Below are positions 28,754-38,974 of a DNA stretch of 64,000 nucleotides, one piece after another. The stretch is taken from assembly GCA_016930835.1 (NCBI GenBank), contig JAFGGA010000047.1:10256-74255 (forward strand), in the 5' to 3' direction. The position numbers were made by a program, and so were the translations under genes. Origin of the DNA: Deltaproteobacteria bacterium. GTDB taxonomy: Bacteria > Desulfobacterota > DSM-4660 > Desulfatiglandales > HGW-15. Every line of letters starts with the position of its first letter. Positions within the stretch are counted from its first letter, which is position 1. The notes beneath the pieces are model-generated. The model did not search any database. It saw only the letters and a list, made by a program, of their open reading frames with translations, and was not told the origin of the DNA.

Positions 28754-29266
28754 ATGGCGGAAGCGGCGAAAAAATCTGAAGAATCGCAAGGGGAATCCGA
28801 TGAAAAGAAGAAAAAGGGAATACCGATAAAATTGATTATTGTTACGGTATTGGCCTTATTTATGTTAGCGGGCATATTTGTTGTGGTGAAAAAGGGTATC
28901 CTGCCCAAGCTTTTTGGAAAGGATACCTTGAAAACATTGTCCGTAAACACCGGTCTTGCCGATATCGGGCCGATATACGGCCTGGAGACGTTTATTGTTA
29001 ATCTGCTCGGCAGCACGGGAAAAAACTATTTAAAGGCAACGATCGATCTGGAGATTGATAATATCAAAACAAAGGAAGAGATCGATAAAAGATTACCGCA
29101 ATTCAGGGATTCCATCCTGACACTATTAAGCAGCAAAACCCATGATGATGTCAAGACATTGGAAGGTAAGTTCCAGTTAAGAACGGAGATAACCGCCATG
29201 CTTAATCAGTACCTTAAAACCGGTAGAATCATCAATGTTTATTTCACGGATTTTATCGTGCAGTAA
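28754..29266 (+). CDS. fliL: Flagellar protein FliL
   Basis: One TM helix, LETFIVNL, YLKATIDL, RDSILTLLS, NVYFTDFIVQ. Confidence 0.95.
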   Translation: MAEAAKKSEESQGESDEKKKKGIPIKLIIVTVLALFMLAGIFVVVKKGILPKLFGKDTLKTLSVNTGLADIGPIYGLETFIVNLLGSTGKNYLKATIDLEIDNIKTKEEIDKRLPQFRDSILTLLSSKTHDDVKTLEGKFQLRTEITAMLNQYLKTGRIINVYFTDFIVQ

Positions 29267-29318
29267 CGCGCTACTTGAAGAGCGGCTATTATTTTTACGA
29301 CATATAAGGATCTAATCC

Positions 29319-30305
29319 ATGAATAAGCTTTTATCACAGGATGAAGTTGATTCGCTATTGAAAGGCCTTGATACGGGTGAGGTCGATATCGGAGAGGACT
29401 TTGCCGAATCGAGGGATGACCTGCAGGCCTTTGATTGGGCCACCGCGGGGCTCAATGTCAGAGGCAACATGCCCCTGCTGGAGGTGATCAATAGTCGATT
29501 CAGTCAAAGGCTAAGGGGGTCGCTTTCATCCACACTCCGCAAGATGGTGGATATCACACCTGATCCCTTGGAGACCATCAAGTACGGCGATTTTCAGAGA
29601 TCCTTACCGGTACCCACCAGCATGCATATATTTAAGATAGAACCCCTCAGAGGTTTGGGGATCATGGTTGTTGAGAGTCGCTTGGTGTTCGGTCTGGTGG
29701 AAGCCTTCTTCGGCGGAAGCGGTTCGGGCTCAACCAAGATTGAGGGAAGGGAGTTCACATCCATTGAGAACAAGATCATCCAAAAGGTAGTACAGATGGG
29801 CCTTTTGAATCTTATGGAGGCATGGGAGGATGTCCATCCCATCAAGACGGAATTTGTCCGATCTGAAAGCAATCCCCTTGTTGTGAACATCGTTCCTTCC
29901 GAGGAGTTGCTCATTTCCACAAAATTCGAGATCGAGATGAACAAACCTTTGGGAACGATTATTGTTTGCGTCCCTTATTCGTCCTATCAACCAGTTCGGC
30001 ACAAGCTTTCAGGCGGATATCAGGATGAAGAGGAAATATCCCATTTTGATCAGGCATGGCACAACACCATGAAGAACCAACTGAAAACCACCCCGGTGGG
30101 TGTTAGGGTCAATTTGGGGCATACCTTTCTTTCAGTGCGGGACTTTCTAAACCTTCAAGGAGGAGACATCATCGTCCTGGAGAACGACTTTAATAAACCT
30201 TTGATAGCCAACGCAGAAGGTATTCCCTTGTTTGAAGGGTATGCGGGCCGTTACAAGAATAAAAAGGTTTTCAAGGTGGAGCAGCCGATAGCCGCCGAAC
30301 AATGA
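29319..30305 (+). CDS. fliM: Flagellar motor switch protein FliM
   Basis: LLSQDEVDSLL (CheY-binding), MPLLEVINSRF, GREFTSIE, C-terminal SpoA domain. Confidence 0.96.
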   Translation: MNKLLSQDEVDSLLKGLDTGEVDIGEDFAESRDDLQAFDWATAGLNVRGNMPLLEVINSRFSQRLRGSLSSTLRKMVDITPDPLETIKYGDFQRSLPVPTSMHIFKIEPLRGLGIMVVESRLVFGLVEAFFGGSGSGSTKIEGREFTSIENKIIQKVVQMGLLNLMEAWEDVHPIKTEFVRSESNPLVVNIVPSEELLISTKFEIEMNKPLGTIIVCVPYSSYQPVRHKLSGGYQDEEEISHFDQAWHNTMKNQLKTTPVGVRVNLGHTFLSVRDFLNLQGGDIIVLENDFNKPLIANAEGIPLFEGYAGRYKNKKVFKVEQPIAAEQ

Positions 30306-30332
30306 TTTGCCCAATATGAACGAGGTATTTAT

Positions 30333-30686
30333 ATGGCAGATGAAGATAATTTGATGGATAGTCAGGTCACTACTATGGATATGAATTATGCAGAGGTCGA
30401 GCCCGGGTTTTCCCACAATGAAAATTCGCAAAATATGGACTTTCTATTGGATATACCGCTTGAAATCACGGTGGAGCTGGGCAAGACCAAGATTACGATT
30501 GGAGACCTTCTTAGGTTAAGCCAAGGATCGGTTGTGGAATTGGATAAATTAACAGACGAGCCCTTGGAGATATATGTCAATAAAAAACTCATGGCTCAAG
30601 GTGAAGTGGTGGTGGTGAATGAAAAATTCGGCATCCGATTAACGAACATCATCAGCCCTGGTGAAAGGGTTAAGGAGTTGGCTTAG
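30333..30686 (+). CDS. fliN: Flagellar motor switch protein FliN
   Basis: LLDIPLEITVELGKT, GSVVELDK, GEVVVVNEKFGIRLT. Confidence 0.96.
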   Translation: MADEDNLMDSQVTTMDMNYAEVEPGFSHNENSQNMDFLLDIPLEITVELGKTKITIGDLLRLSQGSVVELDKLTDEPLEIYVNKKLMAQGEVVVVNEKFGIRLTNIISPGERVKELA

Positions 30687-30703
30687 CCGGGCAGGAGGAA
30701 AAC

Positions 30704-31090
30704 GTGTCGACAGATTTTGGCATTGCATCCATAAAGATGGTTGGATCACTGGTTTTGATATCATGTTTGATCATCGGCCTTTTTTATTTGTTAAGGCGTT
30801 TCAGGTGGCATTCGATAGGAAACCAGCAAAACATAAGGATGTATCTTCTCGGTCTGTTGCAGCTTGCCCCGAAGAGGGCCATAGCCCTTGTTCAGATTTG
30901 TGATCAATGGATCGTGGTGGGGATTGGTACAGAGACCGTGACCTTGATTACAAAAATAGAACCACCCACGGATATTTCTGAATCTGAGGTCTCTTCTGCA
31001 ATCAGTAAAAAGAGCTTCCATACCATCCTTCAAGATATTTCTTTGTGGCCGAAATCATTCACAACGAGGAACCATGAGAATCTCAAATAA
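30704..31090 (+). CDS. fliO: Flagellar export chaperone FliO/FliZ
   Basis: TM helix, LQLAPKRAIALVQICDQWIVVGIG; lies between fliN and fliP. Confidence 0.88.
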   Translation: MSTDFGIASIKMVGSLVLISCLIIGLFYLLRRFRWHSIGNQQNIRMYLLGLLQLAPKRAIALVQICDQWIVVGIGTETVTLITKIEPPTDISESEVSSAISKKSFHTILQDISLWPKSFTTRNHENLK

Positions 31091-31844
31091 AAAAAAGGGG
31101 CTGTTTCTCTTTTTGCCCGTCGTTATTCTCATTGGTGTTTCTTCAATGGCGATGGCACAACAACTGCCTTTGTTGCCTTCTCTGACCATTGGTGTGGAAC
31201 AGGCCGAGAGTCCCGAGCAGGTCTCAGTGCTCTTACAGGTATTGTTCCTCCTGACCGTTCTTTCTTTGGCCCCAGCCATTGTGGTGATGATGACATCCTT
31301 TACTAGATTGGCGATTGTTTTATCCTTGGTTCGTCATGCCTTGGGCACCCAACAAATGCCCCCTACGCAAATATTGGTGGGGTTGTCACTGATCTTGACA
31401 TTCTTCCTCATGTCTCCCGTTTTTGAACGGATCAATCAAGAGGCATTGCAACCGTATCTTGCGGAAGAGATCTCCCAAGACGATGCCCTAGACAAGGCCC
31501 TTAAGCCCGTTCGTGAATTCATGTTTCAGCAGACGCGGAAAAAGGACTTGTCCCTGTTTGTCGATATATCGCATTCGGATAAACCTGAAAATTATGATGA
31601 TATCTCGACCATCGTCCTGGTTTCGGCGTTCGTGATCAGTGAACTCAAGACCGCATTTCAAATCGGTTTTTTGATCTATATCCCTTTTCTTGTGATCGAT
31701 ATGGTTGTGGCCAGCGTGCTTTTGTCCATGGGGATGATGATGTTGCCACCGTTTATGGTCTCGCTCCCGTTTAAATTAATGCTTTTTGTTTTGATCGATG
31801 GTTGGAATTTACTGGTTGGATCTATGATAAAAAGTTTTGGGTAA
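31074..31844 (+). CDS. fliP: Flagellar export gate FliP
   Basis: MMTSFTR, ALGTQQMPP, AFVISELKTAFQIGF, GMMMLPP..SLPFKLMLFVLIDGW. Confidence 0.97.
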   Translation: MRISNKKKGLFLFLPVVILIGVSSMAMAQQLPLLPSLTIGVEQAESPEQVSVLLQVLFLLTVLSLAPAIVVMMTSFTRLAIVLSLVRHALGTQQMPPTQILVGLSLILTFFLMSPVFERINQEALQPYLAEEISQDDALDKALKPVREFMFQQTRKKDLSLFVDISHSDKPENYDDISTIVLVSAFVISELKTAFQIGFLIYIPFLVIDMVVASVLLSMGMMMLPPFMVSLPFKLMLFVLIDGWNLLVGSMIKSFG

Positions 31845-31854
31845 GGTTGAAACA

Positions 31855-32124
31855 ATGACACCGGAATTCGTAATCAGTCTTGGAAGCGAGGCCATCCAAC
31901 TGGCACTCCTTTTGGCCCTCCCCCTCCTGGGAGTTGGCCTGGCCGTCGGGTTGTTTATCGCCGTCCTGCAGGCAACCACTCAGATTCAAGAGATGACCCT
32001 TTCTTTTGTCCCCAAGATCGTATGCGTTCTCTTGGCCCTGCTGGCCGCATCACCGTGGATGCTTAGCAAGATCGCCAATTTTACCAGCCAACTCATATTA
32101 AGCATCCCCCAGATTATCAAGTAA
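31855..32124 (+). CDS. fliQ: Flagellar export gate FliQ
   Basis: LQATTQIQEMTLSFVPKI. Confidence 0.96.
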   Translation: MTPEFVISLGSEAIQLALLLALPLLGVGLAVGLFIAVLQATTQIQEMTLSFVPKIVCVLLALLAASPWMLSKIANFTSQLILSIPQIIK

Positions 32125-32137
32125 AGGGACCATTGGA

Positions 32138-32911
32138 ATGTCATTTCCCCTCGAATCATTGGAACAGATGCAGGGTTTTTTTTGGGTTCTGATGCGAATC
32201 AGTATTATCATCTTCCTCTTGCCGTTATTCGGTGCCAGAGGAATCCCGATGATGTGGAAGGCCGGTTTCTCTTTCATCATCGCGATGATACTTACGCCCG
32301 TTGTGCCTGCACCGAACGTGTTTCCGGAAACACTACCTGAATTGGTCCTGGGGATGATATCCGAGATGATCATGGGATTGGTTCTTTCTTTGGGCATCAA
32401 GATGCTGTTCACATCCGTTCAGATGGCCGGCCAGTTCCTAAGCTTTCAAATGGGATTCGCTATGGCTCAAGCCATGGATCCTCAGACGGGCGTTCAAAGT
32501 ATGGTCCTGACGCAATTGCTTTATTTGTTTACGATATTGATCTTTTTTTCATGCGATGGCCACCATCTGTTTATCCATGCCCTGGCCGCTTCCTTTGAAA
32601 TCGTCCCCCCCAACAGTCTTCAATTTCACCCCCAGCTCTCAGTGGAGGTGACCAAGATCAGCGGTATGATGTTTTTACTGGGTCTGAAGATCGCCGCGCC
32701 CATCGTTGTGGCCCTCTTCCTCTCCAACCTCTGTCTCGGAATCGTCGCTCGGACGGTGCCCCAAGTCAATATTTTAATGGTGGGGTTCCCCATCAATATC
32801 AGCATTGGATTGATCCTATTCAGCTTGATTGTAATGAATTTTTTCCCCGTTGTTTCGGGGCTTATTCAAGAAATGGGCGAGTCTCTTAACGTCCTACTCC
32901 GTTTGATGTAG
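32138..32911 (+). CDS. fliR: Flagellar export gate FliR
   Basis: MAGQFLSFQMGFA..MDP, DGHHLFI, ARTVPQVNILMVGFP. Confidence 0.95.
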   Translation: MSFPLESLEQMQGFFWVLMRISIIIFLLPLFGARGIPMMWKAGFSFIIAMILTPVVPAPNVFPETLPELVLGMISEMIMGLVLSLGIKMLFTSVQMAGQFLSFQMGFAMAQAMDPQTGVQSMVLTQLLYLFTILIFFSCDGHHLFIHALAASFEIVPPNSLQFHPQLSVEVTKISGMMFLLGLKIAAPIVVALFLSNLCLGIVARTVPQVNILMVGFPINISIGLILFSLIVMNFFPVVSGLIQEMGESLNVLLRLM

Positions 32912-32918
32912 GCGTGGC

Positions 32919-33983
32919 ATGGCCGACGAGAGTTTCCAGGATAAAACCGAACCGGCAACTCCTAAAAAAAAGGAGGACGCCAGAAAAAAGGGCCAGGTTG
33001 CAAGGAGCAAGGAGCTCTCATCCATCGCGGTATTGACCGCCGGTGTGATATATCTCTATTTCAGCGCAAAAGGGCTGACCTTCAATCTGGCGGAGTTTAT
33101 CCGCGAGACCTTTTCCCGCATCCCTTCACTTTGCGCCTCTGATCATAAGATGCTCAGCCTTTTCATTGAATCCGTCGAAAGATTCCTTTATCTGATTCTT
33201 CCCATCATGATCGTGTTGAGTGTAGTGGCCTTGCTGGCGAACTATCTTCAAACAGGGATTATTTGGAGTGTCGATCCTTTGACGCCGAAAGCGTCAAAGA
33301 TCAACCCCTTGAGTGGGCTCAAAAGGATGGTTTCCAAACGCTCTTTTGTTGAACTGGCTAAATCCATCTTTAAGATCCTTATTGTTGGATGGGCCGCATT
33401 TTCCACTCTTAAGAGTGAATTTATACATATCATGCCACTTATGCAGCAGGAACAAATCCAAATTATATCTTTATTGGCCGATATATCTTTTAAAGTTACC
33501 GTAAAATGTTGTTGGGTCATCGCTATATTAGCCATATTGGACTACATATATCAAAAGTGGGAGTTTACAGAGAATCTAAAAATGACCAAACAGGAGGTCA
33601 AAGATGAAAATAAACAGACTGAAGGAGATCCCCTGGTAAAATCCCGCATCCGGAGTATCCAGAGAGAGATGGCCCGGAGGCGGATGATGGAGGAGGTTCC
33701 AAAGGCGGATGTGGTCATCACCAATCCCACGCATTTGGCGGTGGCCTTGAGATATGATTCCAAAGAAAAAATGTCGGCTCCCATTATCGTGGCAAAGGGC
33801 GCAAACAAGGTCGCTGAGCGGATCCGAAACGTCGCCGAAGCGCATCATATCCCCCTTGTCGAGAACAAACCCCTGGCACAGAATTTGTATAAATTGGACC
33901 TTGGGGAAGAGGTGCCTCCTCAGTTTTATCAGGCAGTTGCAGAGATTTTGGCCTATGTGTACGGGCTTAAAAAGGATCGATGA
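32919..33983 (+). CDS. flhB: Flagellar export switch FlhB
   Basis: DKTEPATPKK, KMTKQEVKDE.KQTEGDP, VITNPTH (autocleavage), AVAEILAYVY. Confidence 0.97.
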   Translation: MADESFQDKTEPATPKKKEDARKKGQVARSKELSSIAVLTAGVIYLYFSAKGLTFNLAEFIRETFSRIPSLCASDHKMLSLFIESVERFLYLILPIMIVLSVVALLANYLQTGIIWSVDPLTPKASKINPLSGLKRMVSKRSFVELAKSIFKILIVGWAAFSTLKSEFIHIMPLMQQEQIQIISLLADISFKVTVKCCWVIAILAILDYIYQKWEFTENLKMTKQEVKDENKQTEGDPLVKSRIRSIQREMARRRMMEEVPKADVVITNPTHLAVALRYDSKEKMSAPIIVAKGANKVAERIRNVAEAHHIPLVENKPLAQNLYKLDLGEEVPPQFYQAVAEILAYVYGLKKDR

Positions 33984-36076
33984 TTATGGATGTTGTAAAG
34001 ACGCCGTTCAGACCGGCTTCCTTACTCGCGAACATGGATATTGGGATTGCAGTGGGTATTGTGGGAGTCTTGATGGTGATGATCATACCACTACCCACCG
34101 CCATTCTGGATATTTTACTTGCCCTGAATATCACCATAGCCGTGATGGTCCTATTGATCACCATTTATGCCAGTAGACCCTTGGACTTTTCGGTCTTCCC
34201 ATCCCTACTACTCATCACGACCCTTTTTCGCTTATCCCTCAATATCGCCTCCACCCGTCTTATCCTCCTGAATGGCCATAGCGGGCTTTTCGCCGCGGGT
34301 AAAATCATAAAAGGTTTCGGGTCATTCGTGGTCGGCGGAAATCCCACCGTCGGTTTGGTGGTGTTCGTGATCCTGGTGGTGATTAATTTCGTCGTCATCA
34401 CCAAGGGTTCCGGCCGAATCGCTGAAGTGGCGGCCCGTTTTACGCTGGACGCCATGCCCGGCAAACAGATGAGTATTGATGCGGATCTGAATGCGGGGTT
34501 GATCGATGAGGATGAGGCCAGGGCACGCAGGGCGCAGATCTCAAAGGAGGCGGAGTTCTACGGCGCCATGGATGGTGCCAGTAAATTCGTCCGGGGAGAT
34601 GCCATCGCCGGTATTATCATTACCCTTATTAATATTATCGGGGGGTTGATCATAGGTGTTTTACAGATGGGCCTGGATGTTGCAACCGCCATCCAGAACT
34701 ACACCCTCCTGACCATCGGAGATGGACTGGTCTCCCAGATCCCGGCCTTGACCATCTCCACAGGAGCGGGCATTTTGGTGAGCAGGGCCGCTTCCGAAGG
34801 GAAAAATATCGGTGCGGAGTTGACCCATCAATTCGGTATTCAACCCAGGGCCCTTATGATCGCATCGGGCATTATCTTTCTTTTTGCGCTGGCCCCGGGG
34901 ATGCCCATGATTCCGTTCCTGCTGCTGGCTGCCATTGTGTTTTTCCTCTCTCGTACCTTGTTCACGCCCAAAAAGGAAAAACCCGTTGAAAAAATAGAGG
35001 AGCCTATCAAAGAGGCGGCGGAAGAATTCAGCGTGGAACAGATGGAAAGGCTTCTGCCTTTGGACAACCTTGAAATGGAGATTGGATACGGCATCATTCC
35101 CATCGTAGACAATAAGAAACAGGGGAATTTGATCGACCGGATCCGCTCCCTAAGACGGCAATTCGCTCTGGAAATGGGATTTATTATGCCGTCATTGCAC
35201 ATTCGAGATAATCTTGAACTCAAACCCAATGAGTATGCTTTTTGCATTAAAGGTAATCGGGTGGCTAAAGGGGAATTGATGGTGGAGCACCTGTTGGCCA
35301 TTGATCCGGGCGGTATCCGGGCGAAGATAGAAGGCATCAAGACAAAAGATCCGGCTTTTGGCCTTCCAGCGCTATGGATCACACCGGATAAGAAAGGCGA
35401 TGCCCAGTTGGCGGAATACACGGTTGTGGAACCGGCAAGTGTCGTAGCGACTCATCTTTCCGAAGTGGTTCGTCAACAAGGTTATGAGTTTTTAGGGAGG
35501 CAGGAGGTACAGCGTCTACTTGATAATATTTCCAAAACAGATCCCAAGGTTGTTGAAGAACTCAAGCCGGGCCTGCTCAGTTTGGGGGCCATCCAAAAGG
35601 TTTTACAGAACCTGGTTCGAGAACAGGTTTCCATTCGAGACCTCTTGACCATACTGGAAACACTGGCCGATTACGCAACCATGACGAAGGACACGGATCT
35701 GTTAACCGAATATGTCAGACAGCGATTGGCAAGGGTGATCACCAAGCCTTTTGTGGATGAAGGTCAGACCCTTAAGATCTTGAATGTATCATCCGCTATG
35801 GAGGAAGTGCTGGCCAAGGGGATCAACCAAACGGAGTACGGGGCTTATCTCGCTCTTGATCCTCAACAGGCAAGACGGATTATCGAGGGCATCAAAAAGG
35901 CCCTTCAACAAGCTGCCGCGAAAATCGAGCAACCGGTCCTCCTTTGCTCCACCAACATTCGCAGGCATCTGAAAAAGTTGTGCGACAGCTTTCAGATACA
36001 GACCGCGGTTTTGTCTCATAATGAAATCCCGGGCGGTCTGGAGGTCCAGTCATTGGGAGATGTGAGCCTGGCATAA
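33980..36076 (+). CDS. flhA: Flagellar export platform FlhA
   Basis: RIAEVAARFTLDAMPGKQMSIDADL, FYGAMDGASKFVRGDAIAG, IGDGLVSQIP. Confidence 0.98.
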   Translation: MIMDVVKTPFRPASLLANMDIGIAVGIVGVLMVMIIPLPTAILDILLALNITIAVMVLLITIYASRPLDFSVFPSLLLITTLFRLSLNIASTRLILLNGHSGLFAAGKIIKGFGSFVVGGNPTVGLVVFVILVVINFVVITKGSGRIAEVAARFTLDAMPGKQMSIDADLNAGLIDEDEARARRAQISKEAEFYGAMDGASKFVRGDAIAGIIITLINIIGGLIIGVLQMGLDVATAIQNYTLLTIGDGLVSQIPALTISTGAGILVSRAASEGKNIGAELTHQFGIQPRALMIASGIIFLFALAPGMPMIPFLLLAAIVFFLSRTLFTPKKEKPVEKIEEPIKEAAEEFSVEQMERLLPLDNLEMEIGYGIIPIVDNKKQGNLIDRIRSLRRQFALEMGFIMPSLHIRDNLELKPNEYAFCIKGNRVAKGELMVEHLLAIDPGGIRAKIEGIKTKDPAFGLPALWITPDKKGDAQLAEYTVVEPASVVATHLSEVVRQQGYEFLGRQEVQRLLDNISKTDPKVVEELKPGLLSLGAIQKVLQNLVREQVSIRDLLTILETLADYATMTKDTDLLTEYVRQRLARVITKPFVDEGQTLKILNVSSAMEEVLAKGINQTEYGAYLALDPQQARRIIEGIKKALQQAAAKIEQPVLLCSTNIRRHLKKLCDSFQIQTAVLSHNEIPGGLEVQSLGDVSLA

Positions 36077-37278
36077 TGAATATTAAACGTTTTATCGCCC
36101 GCAATAATCAAGAGGCCCTTCGAATGGTCAAGAAAGAGATGGGTCCCGAGGCCGTCATTCTTCGAACTCGGACCATTCATCTGCCGAAAACAGATTCGGG
36201 GGGCGATACCAAGCGCATAGAGGTCACGGCCGCGGTAGATTATGATGCCCCGGCCTTTAAGCCCGCAAACGAATATGATCTCACCGGCCTTGGCGTGAAT
36301 GAAGAATGGCGACGTTTGGAAAAAGAGATCCAAGAGATCAAAGAGGCCCTTTTCTGTATTCAAGAGAGGGAAGTCCGAATACCCGAAATCTATTTTAACC
36401 GGGAATTGCGAGGACGCCTGACGAATTATAAAGGATTTGGGCTTCATTCCGACATTATCCGGAGATTATTGATTGAGGGTGTTGAGGATGGTCAAAAACA
36501 AGGAAAGCCGTCCCCTTCACTTCTTCAGGATTCGTTAAATCGTGTTTTATCCAAAATACAAATTGAAAAGGCCAACCGTGTCGGAAGGGGCAGGGCCATA
36601 TACTCCTTCATCGGCCCGACCGGAGTGGGAAAAACAACCACATTAGCCAAATTGGCCGCTACAAGCGCTTTGGGTCAACGGAAGAAGACATTACTGATTA
36701 CATTGGACACCTTTCGCATAGCGGCGGTATCCCAATTGCAAACCTATGCCCGAATCATGGGAATCCCTTTGGAAATTGCAACAAACGGCAAAGAACTTAA
36801 AACCGCCATTCAGAAGCATGGTGATTGTGAGACGGTTTTTATCGATACGGCAGGTAGAAGCCCAAACCAGGATCAGGATATTCAGGAATTAAAAAAATTG
36901 TTTGATATTTCCGATGCTCTTCACTCCTATCTGGTGCTGAGCGCCACATGTGATTTCAACAATCTCCTTTATGCGGATAAACGGTTTCAAACCGTACCGA
37001 TAGGTAGTTATATATTCACCAAATTGGATGAAGCCGATGATACTTCTCCAATGGTCAATTTCCTTGTTTCACGACAAAAGCCCGTTTCTTATTTTTCCTT
37101 CGGGCAGCAGGTTCCGGAAGATATTGAAGTCGCTTCAAAGAAAAAGATCGCATCCATGCTTTTATCCGAATTAAGGGAAAGCATGAAAAATACAGTGCGT
37201 AGAGAAAATGTATATGGACCAAGCAGCCGGCCTACGGGCCATAGCCAAACAAAATCAAAACCCAATCCTGGGCAATGA
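36076..37278 (+). CDS. flhF: SRP-family GTPase FlhF
   Basis: GPTGVGKTTT, DTFRIAA, DTAGRS, TKLDE, GQQVPEDI. Confidence 0.95.
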   Translation: MNIKRFIARNNQEALRMVKKEMGPEAVILRTRTIHLPKTDSGGDTKRIEVTAAVDYDAPAFKPANEYDLTGLGVNEEWRRLEKEIQEIKEALFCIQEREVRIPEIYFNRELRGRLTNYKGFGLHSDIIRRLLIEGVEDGQKQGKPSPSLLQDSLNRVLSKIQIEKANRVGRGRAIYSFIGPTGVGKTTTLAKLAATSALGQRKKTLLITLDTFRIAAVSQLQTYARIMGIPLEIATNGKELKTAIQKHGDCETVFIDTAGRSPNQDQDIQELKKLFDISDALHSYLVLSATCDFNNLLYADKRFQTVPIGSYIFTKLDEADDTSPMVNFLVSRQKPVSYFSFGQQVPEDIEVASKKKIASMLLSELRESMKNTVRRENVYGPSSRPTGHSQTKSKPNPGQ

Positions 37279-38125
37279 TAACGTGGAAAATACCCGGCGG
37301 ATCCGTGTTATCTCAGTGACAAGCGGGAAAGGTGGGGTGGGTAAGACCAGTGTGGTCGCCAACCTGGCGCAGGCATTTCAGTCAATGGGTAAAAGGGTGC
37401 TGGTGCTGGACGCGGATCTTGGATTGGCCAACATGGACATTATGCTTGGCCTCAATCCCCGCTATACCATGGACCATGTATTGAAAGGGCAAAAAAGGCT
37501 TGAGGAAGTCATTATCGCGGCCCCTGGGGGATTCCATCTTCTTCCCGCGGCGTCAGGCATTCAAGAGTTAACCCATTTGGATTATTCACAGCGTCTTTTC
37601 CTCTTAAATGAATTGGATACGATCCAGGACTCCTTTGACTTGGTTCTGATTGATACGGGAGCCGGGATCTCATCCAATGTGATGTTTTTTAATTTTGCGG
37701 CGATGGAGCGTGTCGTGATCATTACAAACGAACCCACCTCCTTAACGGATGCCTATGCGTTAATCAAGGTCCTAAGCAGTAAATATAAACAAAAACGGTT
37801 TAAGGTCCTGATCAACTGGGCACGCAACGCGGTTGAGTCGGATCATATATTCAGGAATTTGAGCCTCGTTGCGGATAAATACTTGTGCTCTCCAAGATTG
37901 GATTATTTGGGCTGGATCCCTTATGACAAACAGTTCTCCAGGGCCATACTCAAACAGGACACCATTCTTCGATTGAATCCGAATACACCCGCTAGCAGAA
38001 GCCTCATGGCATTGGCGAAAAAAATTCTTTCCATTGCGGATCAAGGTGCTTTCGAAGGTGATATTAAATTTTTTTGGCATCGTTTGTTAAATTGTTCCCC
38101 GACTCCGTCTCTGCCCTCGGCATAA
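37208..38125 (+). CDS. flhG: MinD-like ATPase FlhG/FleN
   Basis: SGKGGVGKT, DADLGLAN, DTGAGIS, EPTSLTDAYALIK. Confidence 0.95.
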   Translation: MYMDQAAGLRAIAKQNQNPILGNDNVENTRRIRVISVTSGKGGVGKTSVVANLAQAFQSMGKRVLVLDADLGLANMDIMLGLNPRYTMDHVLKGQKRLEEVIIAAPGGFHLLPAASGIQELTHLDYSQRLFLLNELDTIQDSFDLVLIDTGAGISSNVMFFNFAAMERVVIITNEPTSLTDAYALIKVLSSKYKQKRFKVLINWARNAVESDHIFRNLSLVADKYLCSPRLDYLGWIPYDKQFSRAILKQDTILRLNPNTPASRSLMALAKKILSIADQGAFEGDIKFFWHRLLNCSPTPSLPSA

Positions 38126-38185
38126 ATGAGATGGCTATTTAGCTTATCCTTGGGCGGGGAGCGGGCATGATCATATGGCGATAAT

Positions 38186-38974
38186 ATGTCTTACTTGGCA
38201 ATAAAAAAAATAAAGAAATACAACCAGATGATCGCCGCTGCGAGCGGTGATAAAAGTGTCGCGCAAAGGGACAAGATGATCGGGGAATACGCACCGTTGG
38301 TAAAAACCATTGCCGGTCGATTGGCCATAAAGCTTCCGCATCACATTAGTCAAGACGATCTTCTAAGTGCCGGGATTATGGGGCTCTTAGACGCCATAGA
38401 AAAATTTGATGAAGAAAAGGGTGTAGAGTTTAAATCATACGCCGAATTTCGGATACGAGGTGCCATGATTGATGAACTGCGTTCCATGGATTGGGTGCCC
38501 CGTTCCGTTCGGCGAAACTCCAAGAGGTTGGAAGAGGCTTACGCCAAGATAGAAAATATAAAGATGAGTCCGGCAACCGATGAAGAAGTGGCCGGAGAAT
38601 TGGGTGTCAGCCTTGAGGCGCTTCATCGCCTGCTGGATGAAACCAGGGGCATCTCCATCATCAATGAATATGAAATCGGGCAATTATTACCCGATGGGGA
38701 AGTGGACGGCACCGGATTGATCAACAGTATCAAGGGGGCTATCAACCCGCTGGATACATTGAAAGTAGCCGAGATCAAAGACATCATCGCCCGCGCCATC
38801 GACAACCTACCCCAGAATGAACGAATTGTGGTGGCCCTATATTATTATGAAGAATTGACCATGAAGGAGATTGGAGAAATTATGGGATATACCGAATCTC
38901 GGGTTTCACAGTTGCATACGAAGTCGGTCATACGGCTACGCAATAGCCTGAAAGATTATTTTGGACAACCATGA
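38186..38974 (+). CDS. fliA: Flagellar sigma factor FliA (sigma-28)
   Basis: DDLLSAGIMGL, RIRGAMIDELRSMDWVPRSVR, LYYYEELTMKEIG..TESRVSQLH. Confidence 0.96.
   Translation: MSYLAIKKIKKYNQMIAAASGDKSVAQRDKMIGEYAPLVKTIAGRLAIKLPHHISQDDLLSAGIMGLLDAIEKFDEEKGVEFKSYAEFRIRGAMIDELRSMDWVPRSVRRNSKRLEEAYAKIENIKMSPATDEEVAGELGVSLEALHRLLDETRGISIINEYEIGQLLPDGEVDGTGLINSIKGAINPLDTLKVAEIKDIIARAIDNLPQNERIVVALYYYEELTMKEIGEIMGYTESRVSQLHTKSVIRLRNSLKDYFGQP

Noticed and set aside
15504-38974. Absence of flgF-L, flgA, flgM, fliC/D/S and chemotaxis genes
   Set aside because: These are commonly encoded in separate clusters; not informative from one window.
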